In this document: positions 10,401 through 19,400 of the stretch, piece by piece
How positions within the stretch are numbered: the first letter of the stretch is position 1
Layout of the letters: every line of letters begins with the position of its first letter
Source of the DNA: Allosphingosinicella sp.
Lineage (GTDB): Bacteria; Pseudomonadota; Alphaproteobacteria; Sphingomonadales; Sphingomonadaceae
NCBI GenBank assembly: GCA_035543935.1
Contig: DATKIV010000013.1
Span: 24,412-88,411, forward strand
Direction: 5' to 3'
DNA length: 64,000 nt
The notes under the pieces: generated by a model
What the model was told of the DNA's origin: nothing
Seen by the model: only the letters and a program-made list of their open reading frames with translations
Database searches by the model: none
Made by a program: the position numbers and the translations under genes

Positions 10401-11376
10401 CCAGGAGATCGAGACGCTCACCACCCAGGCGCATGCGGGCACCGACGACGTCTTCCTGACCGGCAACCAATATAACAACACTTTGATCGGCAATGCCGGC
10501 GACAATATCATGAACGGCGTCGACGGCGCCGACGTGATGTACGGCCTCGACGGCGACGACACTTATGCGATCGACAATGTCGGCGACCTGGTGGTGGACG
10601 GCTTCGGCCAGGGTAACGATCTGGTCCTCACCTATCTCAGCCACACGCTTTCGAACGGCAACCAGATCGAGACGCTGTCGACGGTGTTCCACCAGGGCAC
10701 GACCGCGATCAACCTGGGCGGCAACGACTATGACAACACTTTGATCGGCAATTACGGCGCCAATTATCTCAACGGCAATGGCGGCATCGACGTCATGATC
10801 GGGCTCTACGGCGACGACACCTATGTCGCGGACAATGCCGGGGATGTGGTGCAGGAGGTTGCCGGCGGCGGCGCCGACCTTCTCTACAGCTTCGTCAGCT
10901 ACACGCTGGCGGCCGGGCAGGAGGTCGAGATCATCTCCACCGCGGTCCAGGGCGGCAGCACCGCGATCAACCTCACCGGCAACGAGTTCGCCCAGACCAT
11001 CGTCGGCAATGCCGGCGCCAACCTGATCGACGGCAAAGGCGGCAACGACGTGCTCTACGGCCTTGGCGGCACCGACACGTTCGCGTTCACCACCACGCTC
11101 GGCGCCGGCAATGTCGATACGCTCGCGGACTTCGTGGCGGGCACCGACAAGATCGGTCTCGACGACGCTATCTTCACCGCGATCGGCGCCACGCTCAATG
11201 CCAGTGCCTTCGTGATCGGCACGGCGGCTGGCGACGCCGACGACCGCATCGTCTACAACAGCACGACCGGCGCTCTCTTTTACGATGCCGACGGCTCGGG
11301 TGCCGGCGCGGCGGTCCAGTTCGCGACCCTGAGCCCGGGCTTGGTGCTGACCGCCGGCGACTTCACGATGATCTAG
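7435..11376 (+). CDS. RTX type I-secreted protein 3: two 7-repeat beta-propeller-like regions, a cadherin domain, RTX tail
   Basis: ATG 7435 after GGGGGAA; 14 repeats of VNT..G.Q..P.V..L..GGFVV.W...QIFDA.G.KVG.E; cadherin-like PTDIGLS...LDFE...VRVTD; shared C-terminal cassette. Confidence 0.85.
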   Translation: MVQLYKRKGDDILVNTATIGNQSGSNIALLPGGGFVIVWTDASLVGGDTSGLAVKGQRFDADGHKVGGEFLVNSTVTGSQTNPIVAALASGRFVVTWSDGSVTGGDTSSIAVRGQIFEANGTPVGAEFLINTQTANAQTGPGIVELAGGGFVVSWTDSSLIGGDASGSGIKAQIFDAAGAKVGGEILVNTETSGSQTTSSLIALASGGFAAAWTGAITASGGGVFGSVRVQLFDAAGAKLGTEQIVNANNEGNFNSTMISALGSGFIVTWAQQDSVFGVGIPVTFDVHAQLFDAAGAKVGGEFVVNTTTQGSQSGADVDALPGGGFLVTWQGPGTGTSLFNIFGQVFDNAGAKVGAEFVVTSVTSGNQLGPRVDVLPSGDIVIVWTDNNTTGPDQSGSAIKMQILTLTTDAPTDIGLSSTSISETAREDVPLVKLSATGALNSTFTYVIVSDSTGGAFAIEGDSLVVADNSLLDFEGDAQVEVRIRVTDLNGNSYEETIQLDIADTPEGGYAAPAGEILLNTTTAGDQVEPIVTALSSGGFLATWKTVPTSGLLLTTGQIFDAAGVKVGGELSLSDTYSVAGLPGGGFITAGEGTDADGGGVFVQFHDAAGAPVGVPIPVNTQTAGNQYEPSITMLASGGFVVTWTHFTISTFTSVVQAQIFDAAGVKVGAELQVPSITSGGGAEVVALADGGFVVSWTDGSVQAQIYTALGGRYGPQITVAEFPNVEPHITALADGGFVVTYARNISSGGFTGIDRLTAQIFDAEGNRVGDPILISVDGPAQVASTSVAALPWGGFVVSWADFGDAPGNPDSDVGIRAQVFDATGATVGGQQVVNIEGAFYQIQSSVTVLESGDFVIAWYDSSQVGGDASGSGIKARIFSVEEVSGPTEGPDFLNGTSGSDVIDALGGNDVVNGLGGNDILLGGSGDDELNGGEGNDTLYGEGGADIARGGAGDDVYIVDSMADVTEEAAGAGNDTIVTTLSYILSSNQEIETLTTQAHAGTDDVFLTGNQYNNTLIGNAGDNIMNGVDGADVMYGLDGDDTYAIDNVGDLVVDGFGQGNDLVLTYLSHTLSNGNQIETLSTVFHQGTTAINLGGNDYDNTLIGNYGANYLNGNGGIDVMIGLYGDDTYVADNAGDVVQEVAGGGADLLYSFVSYTLAAGQEVEIISTAVQGGSTAINLTGNEFAQTIVGNAGANLIDGKGGNDVLYGLGGTDTFAFTTTLGAGNVDTLADFVAGTDKIGLDDAIFTAIGATLNASAFVIGTAAGDADDRIVYNSTTGALFYDADGSGAGAAVQFATLSPGLVLTAGDFTMI
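10381..11376 (+). repeat. Shared 996-nt RTX C-terminal cassette, copy 3
   Basis: SYILSSNQEIETL to stop, 996 nt. Confidence 0.9.
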
Positions 11377-11431
11377 GAACGCGGCATAAGGCGGCCATGA
11401 CCGACCGCCGCCGCCGCGGGGCCGACGGCCT

Positions 11432-12718
11432 GTGAGCGCCGGCCTCGACCCGATCGAAACCGCGTCCCGGGACGCGCTCGAACATCTGCAGCTCGAGCGG
11501 CTGCGCTGGTCGCTCGGTCATGCCTATCGCGGCAACGGCCGCTATCGGGCCAAGTTCGATGCCGCCTCAGTCCATCCGGACGACCTGAAATCCCTGGCCG
11601 ATCTCGCCAGATTTCCGTTCACGATCAAGGCCGATCTGCGCGACGCTTATCCGTTCGATTTCTTCGCGGTGCCGCGCGAGCGGCTGGCGCGCATCCATGC
11701 CTCGTCGGGCACGACCGGCAAGCCGACCGTGGTCGGCTATACCAAGGCCGACATCGCGACCTGGGCGGGCCTCGTCGCCCGCTCGATCCACGCCGCCGGC
11801 GGCCGGCCAGGCATGACCGTCCATATCGGCTACGGCTATGGCCTCTTCACCGGCGGGCTCGGCGCGCATTACGGCGCGGAGGCTCTGGGCTGCACGGTGA
11901 TCCCGATGTCGGGCGGGCAGACCGAGAAGCAGGTCCAGCTGATCGCCGATTTCCGCCCCGACATCATCATGGTCACGCCGAGCTACGCACTCGCCATCCT
12001 CGACGAGTTCCGCCGCCAGGGGCGCGACGCGCGCGCCTCCTCGCTCCGCATCGGCATTTTCGGCGCCGAGCCCTGGACGGAAGGGATGCGGGCCGAGATC
12101 GAGCAGGCCTTCGCGATCGACGCGGTCGACATTTACGGCCTCTCCGAAGTGATCGGCCCGGGCGTCGCCCAGGAATGCGTCGAGACCAAGGACGGGCCGA
12201 CGATCTGGGAGGACCATTTCTATCCGGAGATCGTCGATCCCGAGACCGGGGCGGTGCTTCCGGACGGCGAGGAGGGCGAGCTCGTCTTCACCTCGCTGAC
12301 CAAGGAGGCGATGCCGATCGTCCGCTACCGCACCCGCGACCTCACCCGCCTGCTGCCCGGCACCGCGCGGACGATGCGGCGCATGGCCAGGATCACCGGC
12401 CGCTGCGACGACATGATGATCGTGCGCGGCGTCAACCTCTTCCCGAGCCAGATCGAGGAGCAGATCCTCGCCTGCCCGGCGCTGGCGCCGCATTTCCGGA
12501 TCGAGCTCAGCCGGCCCGAGCGGCTCGACCTGGTCCGGATCGTCGTCGAGGCGCGGCCCGGCGGCAGCCCGCAGGACGGCGCGCGCGACGGCCGGGCGCT
12601 GGCGGAGCGGATCAAGACGCTGATCGGCATCAGCGTGACGGTCGACGTCCGCCCCGAAGGCGAGGTCGCCCGCTCGACGGGCAAGGCGCAGCGCGTGATC
12701 GATCTCAGGATGAGGTGA
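11432..12718 (+). CDS. paaK: Phenylacetate-CoA ligase
   Basis: RIHASSGTTGKPTVVGYT, DIYGLSEVIGPGVA, RYRTRDLT, GVNLFPSQIEE motifs. Confidence 0.95.
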   Translation: MSAGLDPIETASRDALEHLQLERLRWSLGHAYRGNGRYRAKFDAASVHPDDLKSLADLARFPFTIKADLRDAYPFDFFAVPRERLARIHASSGTTGKPTVVGYTKADIATWAGLVARSIHAAGGRPGMTVHIGYGYGLFTGGLGAHYGAEALGCTVIPMSGGQTEKQVQLIADFRPDIIMVTPSYALAILDEFRRQGRDARASSLRIGIFGAEPWTEGMRAEIEQAFAIDAVDIYGLSEVIGPGVAQECVETKDGPTIWEDHFYPEIVDPETGAVLPDGEEGELVFTSLTKEAMPIVRYRTRDLTRLLPGTARTMRRMARITGRCDDMMIVRGVNLFPSQIEEQILACPALAPHFRIELSRPERLDLVRIVVEARPGGSPQDGARDGRALAERIKTLIGISVTVDVRPEGEVARSTGKAQRVIDLRMR

Positions 12719-12728
12719 GCCGAAACAC

Positions 12729-12810
12729 CGTCATTCCAGCGAAAGCTGGAATCCCGCTTCTTCAAGGCGCCGGAAAAGGAAAAGAGATTCCAGCTTCCGC
12801 TGGAATGACG
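12729..12810. repeat. CGTC-tagged palindromic repeat doublet (family A)
   Basis: CGTCATTCCAGCGAAAGCTGGAATC ... GATTCCAGCTTCCGCTGGAATGACG between convergent genes. Confidence 0.9.
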
Positions 12811-12826
12811 ATTTAGGCCGAACCGC

Positions 12827-13627
12827 CTAGCCGAACAGGGCCTCGTGGCGGTCGCAGATTCGAGGCCAGAGCGCCGCGATCTCGGGGACGTCGAGGGCGA
12901 AGCGGGTGCGCAGCGTGTCGACCAAAGTCTCCGCATCCTCGATCAGGAAGTCCTCATAGCTTTCGCCGCGGCTCAGGCTGAGCACGCGTCCGCGCAGCGA
13001 GGCGTGGCTGTCGCCGCTGCGGCGCTGGGCGACGAGATTGAGGACGAAGGGGGAGTCGGGGTCGGTCTGCAGGCGCGCCTGCTGGCGGGCGAGCAGGGCC
13101 GGATCGGCGGGCGCGAAGCGGAAGTCGAAGCTGAACGGCCGGCCGCGGATCCACTCCTCGTAGCGCCAATAATCGTCCTCGATCCGGGCCAGGCTGAGTT
13201 CGTAGGGCGCGTGCCGGTGCGCGGCCGGCGCAAGCGCGATCGGTTCGGCGAGGCTGCCGCCGAAGCCGGCGTCGACCAGCCAGGGCCGGTCGAGGAGGAC
13301 GACGAGGGCGAGATGATTGCCGAGCACGTTATCGCCCGACACGACCCGCATGACGCCGCCGGCGACGCGCACGACCTCAAAGCCGATCGTCTCCAGCGCC
13401 CAGCCGAGCAGCCCGTTCTGCTCGTAGCACCAGCCGCCGCGGCGGCGCCCGACCAGCTTGGCGAAGATTGCGGGCAGATCGCCGGCGATCGGCCGGCCGA
13501 GCTGGACGTCGAGATTCTCGAACGGGATGGCGGCGACATGGGCGCGCATGATCGCGGCGAGGCTGTCGTAAGTGGGCGCGACCGGGCCGGCATGGCCGAT
13601 GCGTTCGAGATAGGCCGAAAGGTCCAT
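12827..13627 (-). CDS. nat: Arylamine N-acetyltransferase
   Basis: IPFENLD, RRGGWCYEQN (Cys), NHLAL (His), LVDAGFG (Asp) catalytic triad motifs. Confidence 0.92.
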   Translation of the reverse strand: MDLSAYLERIGHAGPVAPTYDSLAAIMRAHVAAIPFENLDVQLGRPIAGDLPAIFAKLVGRRRGGWCYEQNGLLGWALETIGFEVVRVAGGVMRVVSGDNVLGNHLALVVLLDRPWLVDAGFGGSLAEPIALAPAAHRHAPYELSLARIEDDYWRYEEWIRGRPFSFDFRFAPADPALLARQQARLQTDPDSPFVLNLVAQRRSGDSHASLRGRVLSLSRGESYEDFLIEDAETLVDTLRTRFALDVPEIAALWPRICDRHEALFG

Positions 13628-13795
13628 GAAGCCGGGATAGTATAAACGGCGACGCTTGCCACCCCGCCGCGCCGGGGCCGGGCCCTGCGGGGACTACCGT
13701 AATCAAGTGTCCCAAGGAGCAACAGGGTGAATACCGTAGTAACCGCAGTTTGTTAACCTTCACGCGGTAGATCGGCCTCTGAAAGGTGCCCGTCT

Positions 13796-14827
13796 ATGAG
13801 CGAAGTGAGGTTAATGCCCAGCTGCGGTTCCGCGAAGCGTCTGTCGCGCCTTCGCCTTCGCCATGTCCCCGCGGCGATGCTCGCGGCCGGGACGTTCTGC
13901 GCGGCCTCGCCCGCGCAGGCGGCGCGCACGCCCGCGGGCACGGTCATCAACAACAGCGCCACCGCCACCTATGATCTGCCCGGCGGCGGCCAGGACGTCG
14001 TCACCTCCAACGTCGTCAGCCTGACCGTCGACGAATTGCTCGACGTCAGCGTCGCCTCGGCCGACGGCGGCGACGTTTCGACAATGCCCGCCGCGGTCAA
14101 CCAGCTGCTGACCTTCCGAGTCACCAATGCCGGCAATGGCAGCGAGGCCTTCGTGCTGACCGCGCGCGACAATGCCGGCGGCGACGATTTCGACCCCGCC
14201 ACGACCTCGATCGTCCTCGATGGCAATGGCAATGGGGTCTACGATCCCGGCGTCGACATCGTCTACGTGCCCGGCTCGAACAATCCGGTGCTCGACCCGG
14301 ACGGCTCGATCGTCGTGTTCGCCCTCTCCTCGATTCCCGCCGGAGCGAGCAACGGCCAGCGCGGCCGCGTCGATCTCGTCGCGGTCGCCGCGACCGGCTC
14401 GGGCGCGCCGGGGACGAGCTTCGCCGGCCAGGGCCAGGGCGGCGGCGACGCCGTCGTCGGCGCGACCGGCGCCGATGCCGAGGATGACGGGTATTACGCC
14501 GTCCAGGCGGCCTCCGTCGCCTTCGTCAAGAGCGCCAGTGTCGCCGATCCGTTCGGCGGCGTCACCCGGGTGCCCGGCTCGATCATTACCTATCGCCTCG
14601 TCGCCACCGTCGGCGGCGCGGGCAGCCTCGCCAATTTGCGCATCGCCGACGCGATCCCGGCCGGCTCGACCTTCCGGCCCGGCTCGATCACGCTCGAAGG
14701 GGGCGCGCTCAGCGACGCCGCCGACGCCGATGCGGGAGAATTTACCGGGTCGGGCATCGCCGTCCGCCTCGGCACCGTCGCCGCGGGGGCCACCCGCATT
14801 GTCACGTTTCAAGTCGCGATCGACTGA
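13796..14827 (+). CDS. Secreted DUF11/Ig-like protein A (putative pilin)
   Basis: Signal peptide ending PAQA; N-terminal GTVINNSATATY; DGNGNGVYD loop; C-terminal DUF11-like domain FVKSAS...IADAIP...VTFQVAID; exact start uncertain (13796/13814). Confidence 0.75.
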   Translation: MSEVRLMPSCGSAKRLSRLRLRHVPAAMLAAGTFCAASPAQAARTPAGTVINNSATATYDLPGGGQDVVTSNVVSLTVDELLDVSVASADGGDVSTMPAAVNQLLTFRVTNAGNGSEAFVLTARDNAGGDDFDPATTSIVLDGNGNGVYDPGVDIVYVPGSNNPVLDPDGSIVVFALSSIPAGASNGQRGRVDLVAVAATGSGAPGTSFAGQGQGGGDAVVGATGADAEDDGYYAVQAASVAFVKSASVADPFGGVTRVPGSIITYRLVATVGGAGSLANLRIADAIPAGSTFRPGSITLEGGALSDAADADAGEFTGSGIAVRLGTVAAGATRIVTFQVAID

Positions 14828-14838
14828 AGGAGTCTGAA

Positions 14839-15300
14839 ATGAAACTCATCTTGATCCTGCTCGCTCTCCTGCTGCCCTCGGCAGCACTGGCGCAGAACCA
14901 GGTCGCCCTGAACAGCGAAGTGTTCGTCGAGCGCGCCACGCAGGACGCGAACGGCCAGCCGCGGGTCTCGCTCGAGGCGCCCGCCGTGGTCACGCCCGGC
15001 GACCAGCTCGTCTTCGTGCTCAGCTACCGCAACAATGGCGCGGCGCCGGCGAACGATTTCACCGTCACCAACCCCCTGCCGGATTCGGTTAGCTTCGCAG
15101 GAACAGAAAGTGCCGGAGCGGTTTATTCCGTCGACGGCGGCCGCAATTGGGGGGCGCTCGCCGCGCTCCAGGTCCGCAACGCCGACGGCAGCCGCCGCCC
15201 GGCCGCGCTCGCCGACGTCACCCACGTGCGCTGGCGGCTCGCTTCGGCGATCCCGGCCGGCGGCGGCGGGGAATTGAGATTCAGAGGCGTTGTAAAATAG
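14839..15300 (+). CDS. Secreted single-domain DUF11-like protein B
   Basis: MKLILILLALLLPSAALA signal, AAGGAG RBS; PGDQLVFVLSYRNNG...VTNPLP repeat-domain motif. Confidence 0.75.
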   Translation: MKLILILLALLLPSAALAQNQVALNSEVFVERATQDANGQPRVSLEAPAVVTPGDQLVFVLSYRNNGAAPANDFTVTNPLPDSVSFAGTESAGAVYSVDGGRNWGALAALQVRNADGSRRPAALADVTHVRWRLASAIPAGGGGELRFRGVVK

Positions 15301-15374
15301 ACCTCTAACCCGCGGAGCGGCGCCAGCGGGGGTGGAAACGGCGCCGTCAATCGACCAGAAAACGGACCAGAACC

Positions 15375-16433
15375 ATGAAAACCTATACGCGCTTGGGCGC
15401 GGCGGCGAGCATATTCGCTGTCGCGGCGGTGACGGCTTCGCCCGCCTCCGCAGCCGGCACCGCTGCCGGTTCCACTATCACCAACAACGTCTCCGTGGCC
15501 TATCAGGTCGGTGGCGTTTCGCAGACCGGCCTTTCGGCAAGCAACAGCTTCACGGTCGACCGCAAGGTCAATTTCACCGTGGCCGAGGACGGCAGTTCGA
15601 CGACGACGGTGTCGCCTGGCCAGCTGGCCGCGGTGACCAGCTTCATCGTCACCAACACCTCCAACGCCCCGCTCGATTTCGCCCTCGCGGCGACCAATCG
15701 CGTCGGCGGCACCGCGGAGCATGGCGGCACGGACGTTTTCGACGTGTCCAATTTGCGGCTCTACGCGGACACCAACAACAACGGCGCTTATGACAGCGGC
15801 ACTGACGTTTTGATCACCTATCTGGATCAAATCGCTGCCGATGCCAGTGCCAGGGTGTTCGTCCTCGCCGACGTGCCGCTCGGCCGTTCGACCAACGAAG
15901 TCGCTGGCGTCCGGCTGACCGGCACCGCGTCCGAAGCGACCGCCGCCGGCTCGCTCGGCGCGGTCGTCACCCAGACCGCCGGCGCCAATACCGCCGGTGT
16001 CGACACCGTCTTCGCCGACACCAATGTCGGCGGCAATACGGCGCGCGACGGCATCCACTTCGACGAGGATGATTATACCATCTTCGCCGCCGCGCTGACC
16101 GCGACCAAGACCAGCCGAGTGATCAGCGATCCGCTCAACGGCGCGACCAACCCCAAGCTCATCCCGGGCGCGGTCGTCGAATATTGCATCACCGTGGCCA
16201 ATGGCTCCGGCGGCGCCGCGGCCGCCAACGTCGCCATTTCCGATACGCTGCCGGCGACGACGACCTATGATGCCTCGTTCGGCGTCAAGGTCAACGGCAC
16301 GGTGACGAGCGGGACGTGCAATGCCGACGGCGCGATTGTCGGCGCGCACGCTTCCGGCGTGGTCAGTGGAACGATTCCGAGCATCGTGGCGGGCGACACC
16401 CGCACCGTGCTGTTCCGCGTGACGATCAACTAG
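15375..16433 (+). CDS. Secreted DUF11/Ig-like protein C (putative major pilin)
   Basis: Signal ending PASA; GSTITNNVSVAY; DTNNNGAYD loop; ATKTS...PGAVVEYCITVAN...ISDTLP...LFRVTIN. Confidence 0.8.
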   Translation: MKTYTRLGAAASIFAVAAVTASPASAAGTAAGSTITNNVSVAYQVGGVSQTGLSASNSFTVDRKVNFTVAEDGSSTTTVSPGQLAAVTSFIVTNTSNAPLDFALAATNRVGGTAEHGGTDVFDVSNLRLYADTNNNGAYDSGTDVLITYLDQIAADASARVFVLADVPLGRSTNEVAGVRLTGTASEATAAGSLGAVVTQTAGANTAGVDTVFADTNVGGNTARDGIHFDEDDYTIFAAALTATKTSRVISDPLNGATNPKLIPGAVVEYCITVANGSGGAAAANVAISDTLPATTTYDASFGVKVNGTVTSGTCNADGAIVGAHASGVVSGTIPSIVAGDTRTVLFRVTIN

Positions 16434-16482
16434 GCGTGGTTAAGGCGAGCGGGCGCGAGCCCGCCAACCTTTTCGGAAACGT

Positions 16483-19400
16483 ATGAAAACCCGAGCTCAT
16501 CTTCTCGGGGCGACCTTGCTCGCCTTCCTGGCGTCGCTGATCCTAGCGGCGCCAGCGGAGGCGGGCGCGCCCGCGACGCGCACCCTCACCAATGTCGCGA
16601 CCATTTCCTGGGATGCCGGCGGCCAGCATGTCGAGCTTCCCTCCAACCGCGTCGACATCGACGTGGTGCCGCCGCCGTCCACGACCGCAATCCTCGAGAC
16701 GCTGCGGCTGACCGACACCCTCTTTCCTCCCGCCGTGCTCGCCGGCACGTGCAGCGCCGCCACGAGCCAGGCGCAGCAGACGCCGCTGCAGGGGCCCGAA
16801 CCGCCGCCGCTTTCTTCATTGGCGATGATCGCGACCAGCGAGCTGGTCGCCGGCCGGCCGATCGTGCTGTCGCTCGACCGGCCTTCCGCCAATCGCGACA
16901 GCCAGGCCATCGAAACCATCATCGTCGTCGTCGAGACCGATCTCGGCGACCGCGAGCGGATCGCCCTCGTCGAAACCGGCGCCGACAGCGGCCGCTTCAT
17001 CGGCATCTTGCTGACGACGACCGGCCCGCCCGTCTCCGGTGACTGCCGCTTCTCGGTGCGCCCCGACCAGGCCTTGGTGCTCACGCTCAGCGACGCCGTC
17101 GGCGGCGCCGCGGTCGCGCGCAAAGAGGTCGCAATCCTTGTCGATCCCTTCGGCATCGCCTTCGACAGCCGCGACGGCGCGCCGGTTTCGGAGGTTCGCA
17201 TCACCCTGATCGACGCCGCCACCGGCCAGCCGGCCCTGGTCTTCGGCGACGACGGCATTTCCTCCTATCCGTCGACGATCGTCACCGGCCGGAGCGTCAC
17301 CGATGCGGGCGGGATGCGCTACGATTATCCGGCCGGCGACTATCGCTTCCCGCTGGTGCGGCCGGGCCGCTACCGGCTGATCGTCGAGCCGATCGCGCCT
17401 TATACGGCGCCGTCGGTCGCGACCGCCGCCGATCTTGCGCCCTTGCGACGACCGGATGGGCTGCCCTTCGTCGTCGTGGCGGGATCCTATGGCGGCGAGA
17501 TCCTGCTTGCGGGAACCGGAGCGGTACGAATAGATATTCCGCTCGACCGGCCGGTCACGCCGATCCTGCTCAGCAAGACCGCGTCGCGCGCCGAGGCCGA
17601 AGCGGGCGATCTCGTCCAATATCGGGTGATCGTGCGCAATCCGGACGCCAATGCGGCGACCGGCGCGCTCTCTATCACCGATCGAATCCCGCATCAGATG
17701 CGGTTGCGAACCGGATCGGTAAAAATCGACGGTGTGAACGTACCAGACCCCGCGAATGGCGGCGCCCGCGTGCTGACTTTCGCATTGCCCTCGCTCGCGC
17801 CTGCGGCGCAAGCCACCCTGACCTACGTGCTCGAGGTTCGCCCCGACGCGCGCCGCGGCGACGCGCTCAACCGCGCCCAGGCCGCCGGACCGCGCGGCAA
17901 TGTCAGCAATATCGCCGACGCCCTCGTCCGCATCCGGCGCGAGACGATCCTCGACCGGATGACGATCACCGGCCGTGTCGTCGACGGCGGCTGCGGCGTC
18001 GATCCCCGGACGCGTCCCGGCATCGGCGGCGTCCGCATCATGCTCGAGGACGGCAGCTACGCCGTCACCGACGCCAGCGGCCTCTACCATTTCGAAGGCG
18101 TGATGCCCGGCACCCATGTCGTCCAGCTCGACGACGCGACCCTGCCCGCCGACCGCGCCGCGGTCGATTGCTCGCGCAACGTCCGCTCCGGCGGCCGCGC
18201 TTTCTCGCGCTTCGTGTCGGGCCAGGGCGGGTCGCTGATGCGCGTCGATTTCCACGCCGCCGAATCCGTGCCGCGCGCCGCCGTCGCCCGCCGCACCGCG
18301 GAACGGCCCGCCGCGGCAACCGACCCCATCGCCGCCGGCGCCGAGCGCGACTGGTTCGCGGGCCAGGAGCCGGGCATCGCCTGGCTGTTCCCGGAGGTCG
18401 ACCACAATCCGCGCGCGCCGGTCGTCCGGGTCGCGATCAAGCATCTGCCCGGCCAGAGCGTGCGCCTGCTCAACGGCGGCCGCCCGGTCGATCCGATCGC
18501 CTTCGAAGGCGCCAGGGTCAACGAGGCCGGCACTGTCGCGGTCAGCCTCTGGCGCGGCATCCCGATCGAGGACCGCACGACCAGGCTCACCGCCGAAATC
18601 CGCGACGCCAACGGCACTGTGGTGACGATCCTGACCCGGCCCGTCACCTTCTCCAACGTCGCGGTCCGCGCCGAACTGGTGCGCTCGCGCTCGCTGCTCG
18701 TCGCCGACGGCGTCAGCCGGCCGGTGCTTGCCTTGCGCCTGACCGACAGCAACGGCCGCCCGGTCCATCACGGCCTGGCCGGCGATTTCGAAGTGCCCGC
18801 GCCTTATTATCCCGCGGTCGAGGCCGACGCCCAGCAGGCGCGCCAGCTCGCCGGGCTCGAGCGCGCGCGGCCGGTCTGGCACGTCGAGGGCGAGGACGGC
18901 GTGGCGTATGTCGAGCTCGAGCCGACCACCGCTTCGGGCACCGTCACCCTGCGCTTCAATTTCCGCGACGGCGAGCTCGTGCGCGAGCAGCGCGTCGAAG
19001 CCTGGCTCGATCCCGGCGAACGGCCGTGGACGATCGTCGGCCTCGCCGAGGGCACGATCGGCTTCAACCGGCTCGACCGCAACATGGAGGCGCTGGGCCA
19101 GGATCCGGGCCGCAACGAGGTGATCACCGACGGTCGTCTCGCCCTCTATGCGCGGGGCCGGATCAGCGGCCGCTGGCTGATGACGCTCGCTTATGACAGC
19201 GACAGAAGGGAATCGGAGACCCGCTTCGGCGGAGTCATCGATCCGACCGCTTATTACACCGTCTACGCCGACCGCTCGGAGCGCCGTTACGACGCCGCCT
19301 CGGTGCGCAGGCTCTATCTGAGGCTCGAGCGGCCGCAATTCTATGCCCTGTTCGGCGATTACGACACCGGCATCGACGAGCCCGAGCTCGCCCGCTACGT

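Noticed and set aside
13730-13760. CtrA box upstream of the DUF11 operon
   Set aside because: TTAAC half-site present but no TTAA-N7-TTAAC spacing.
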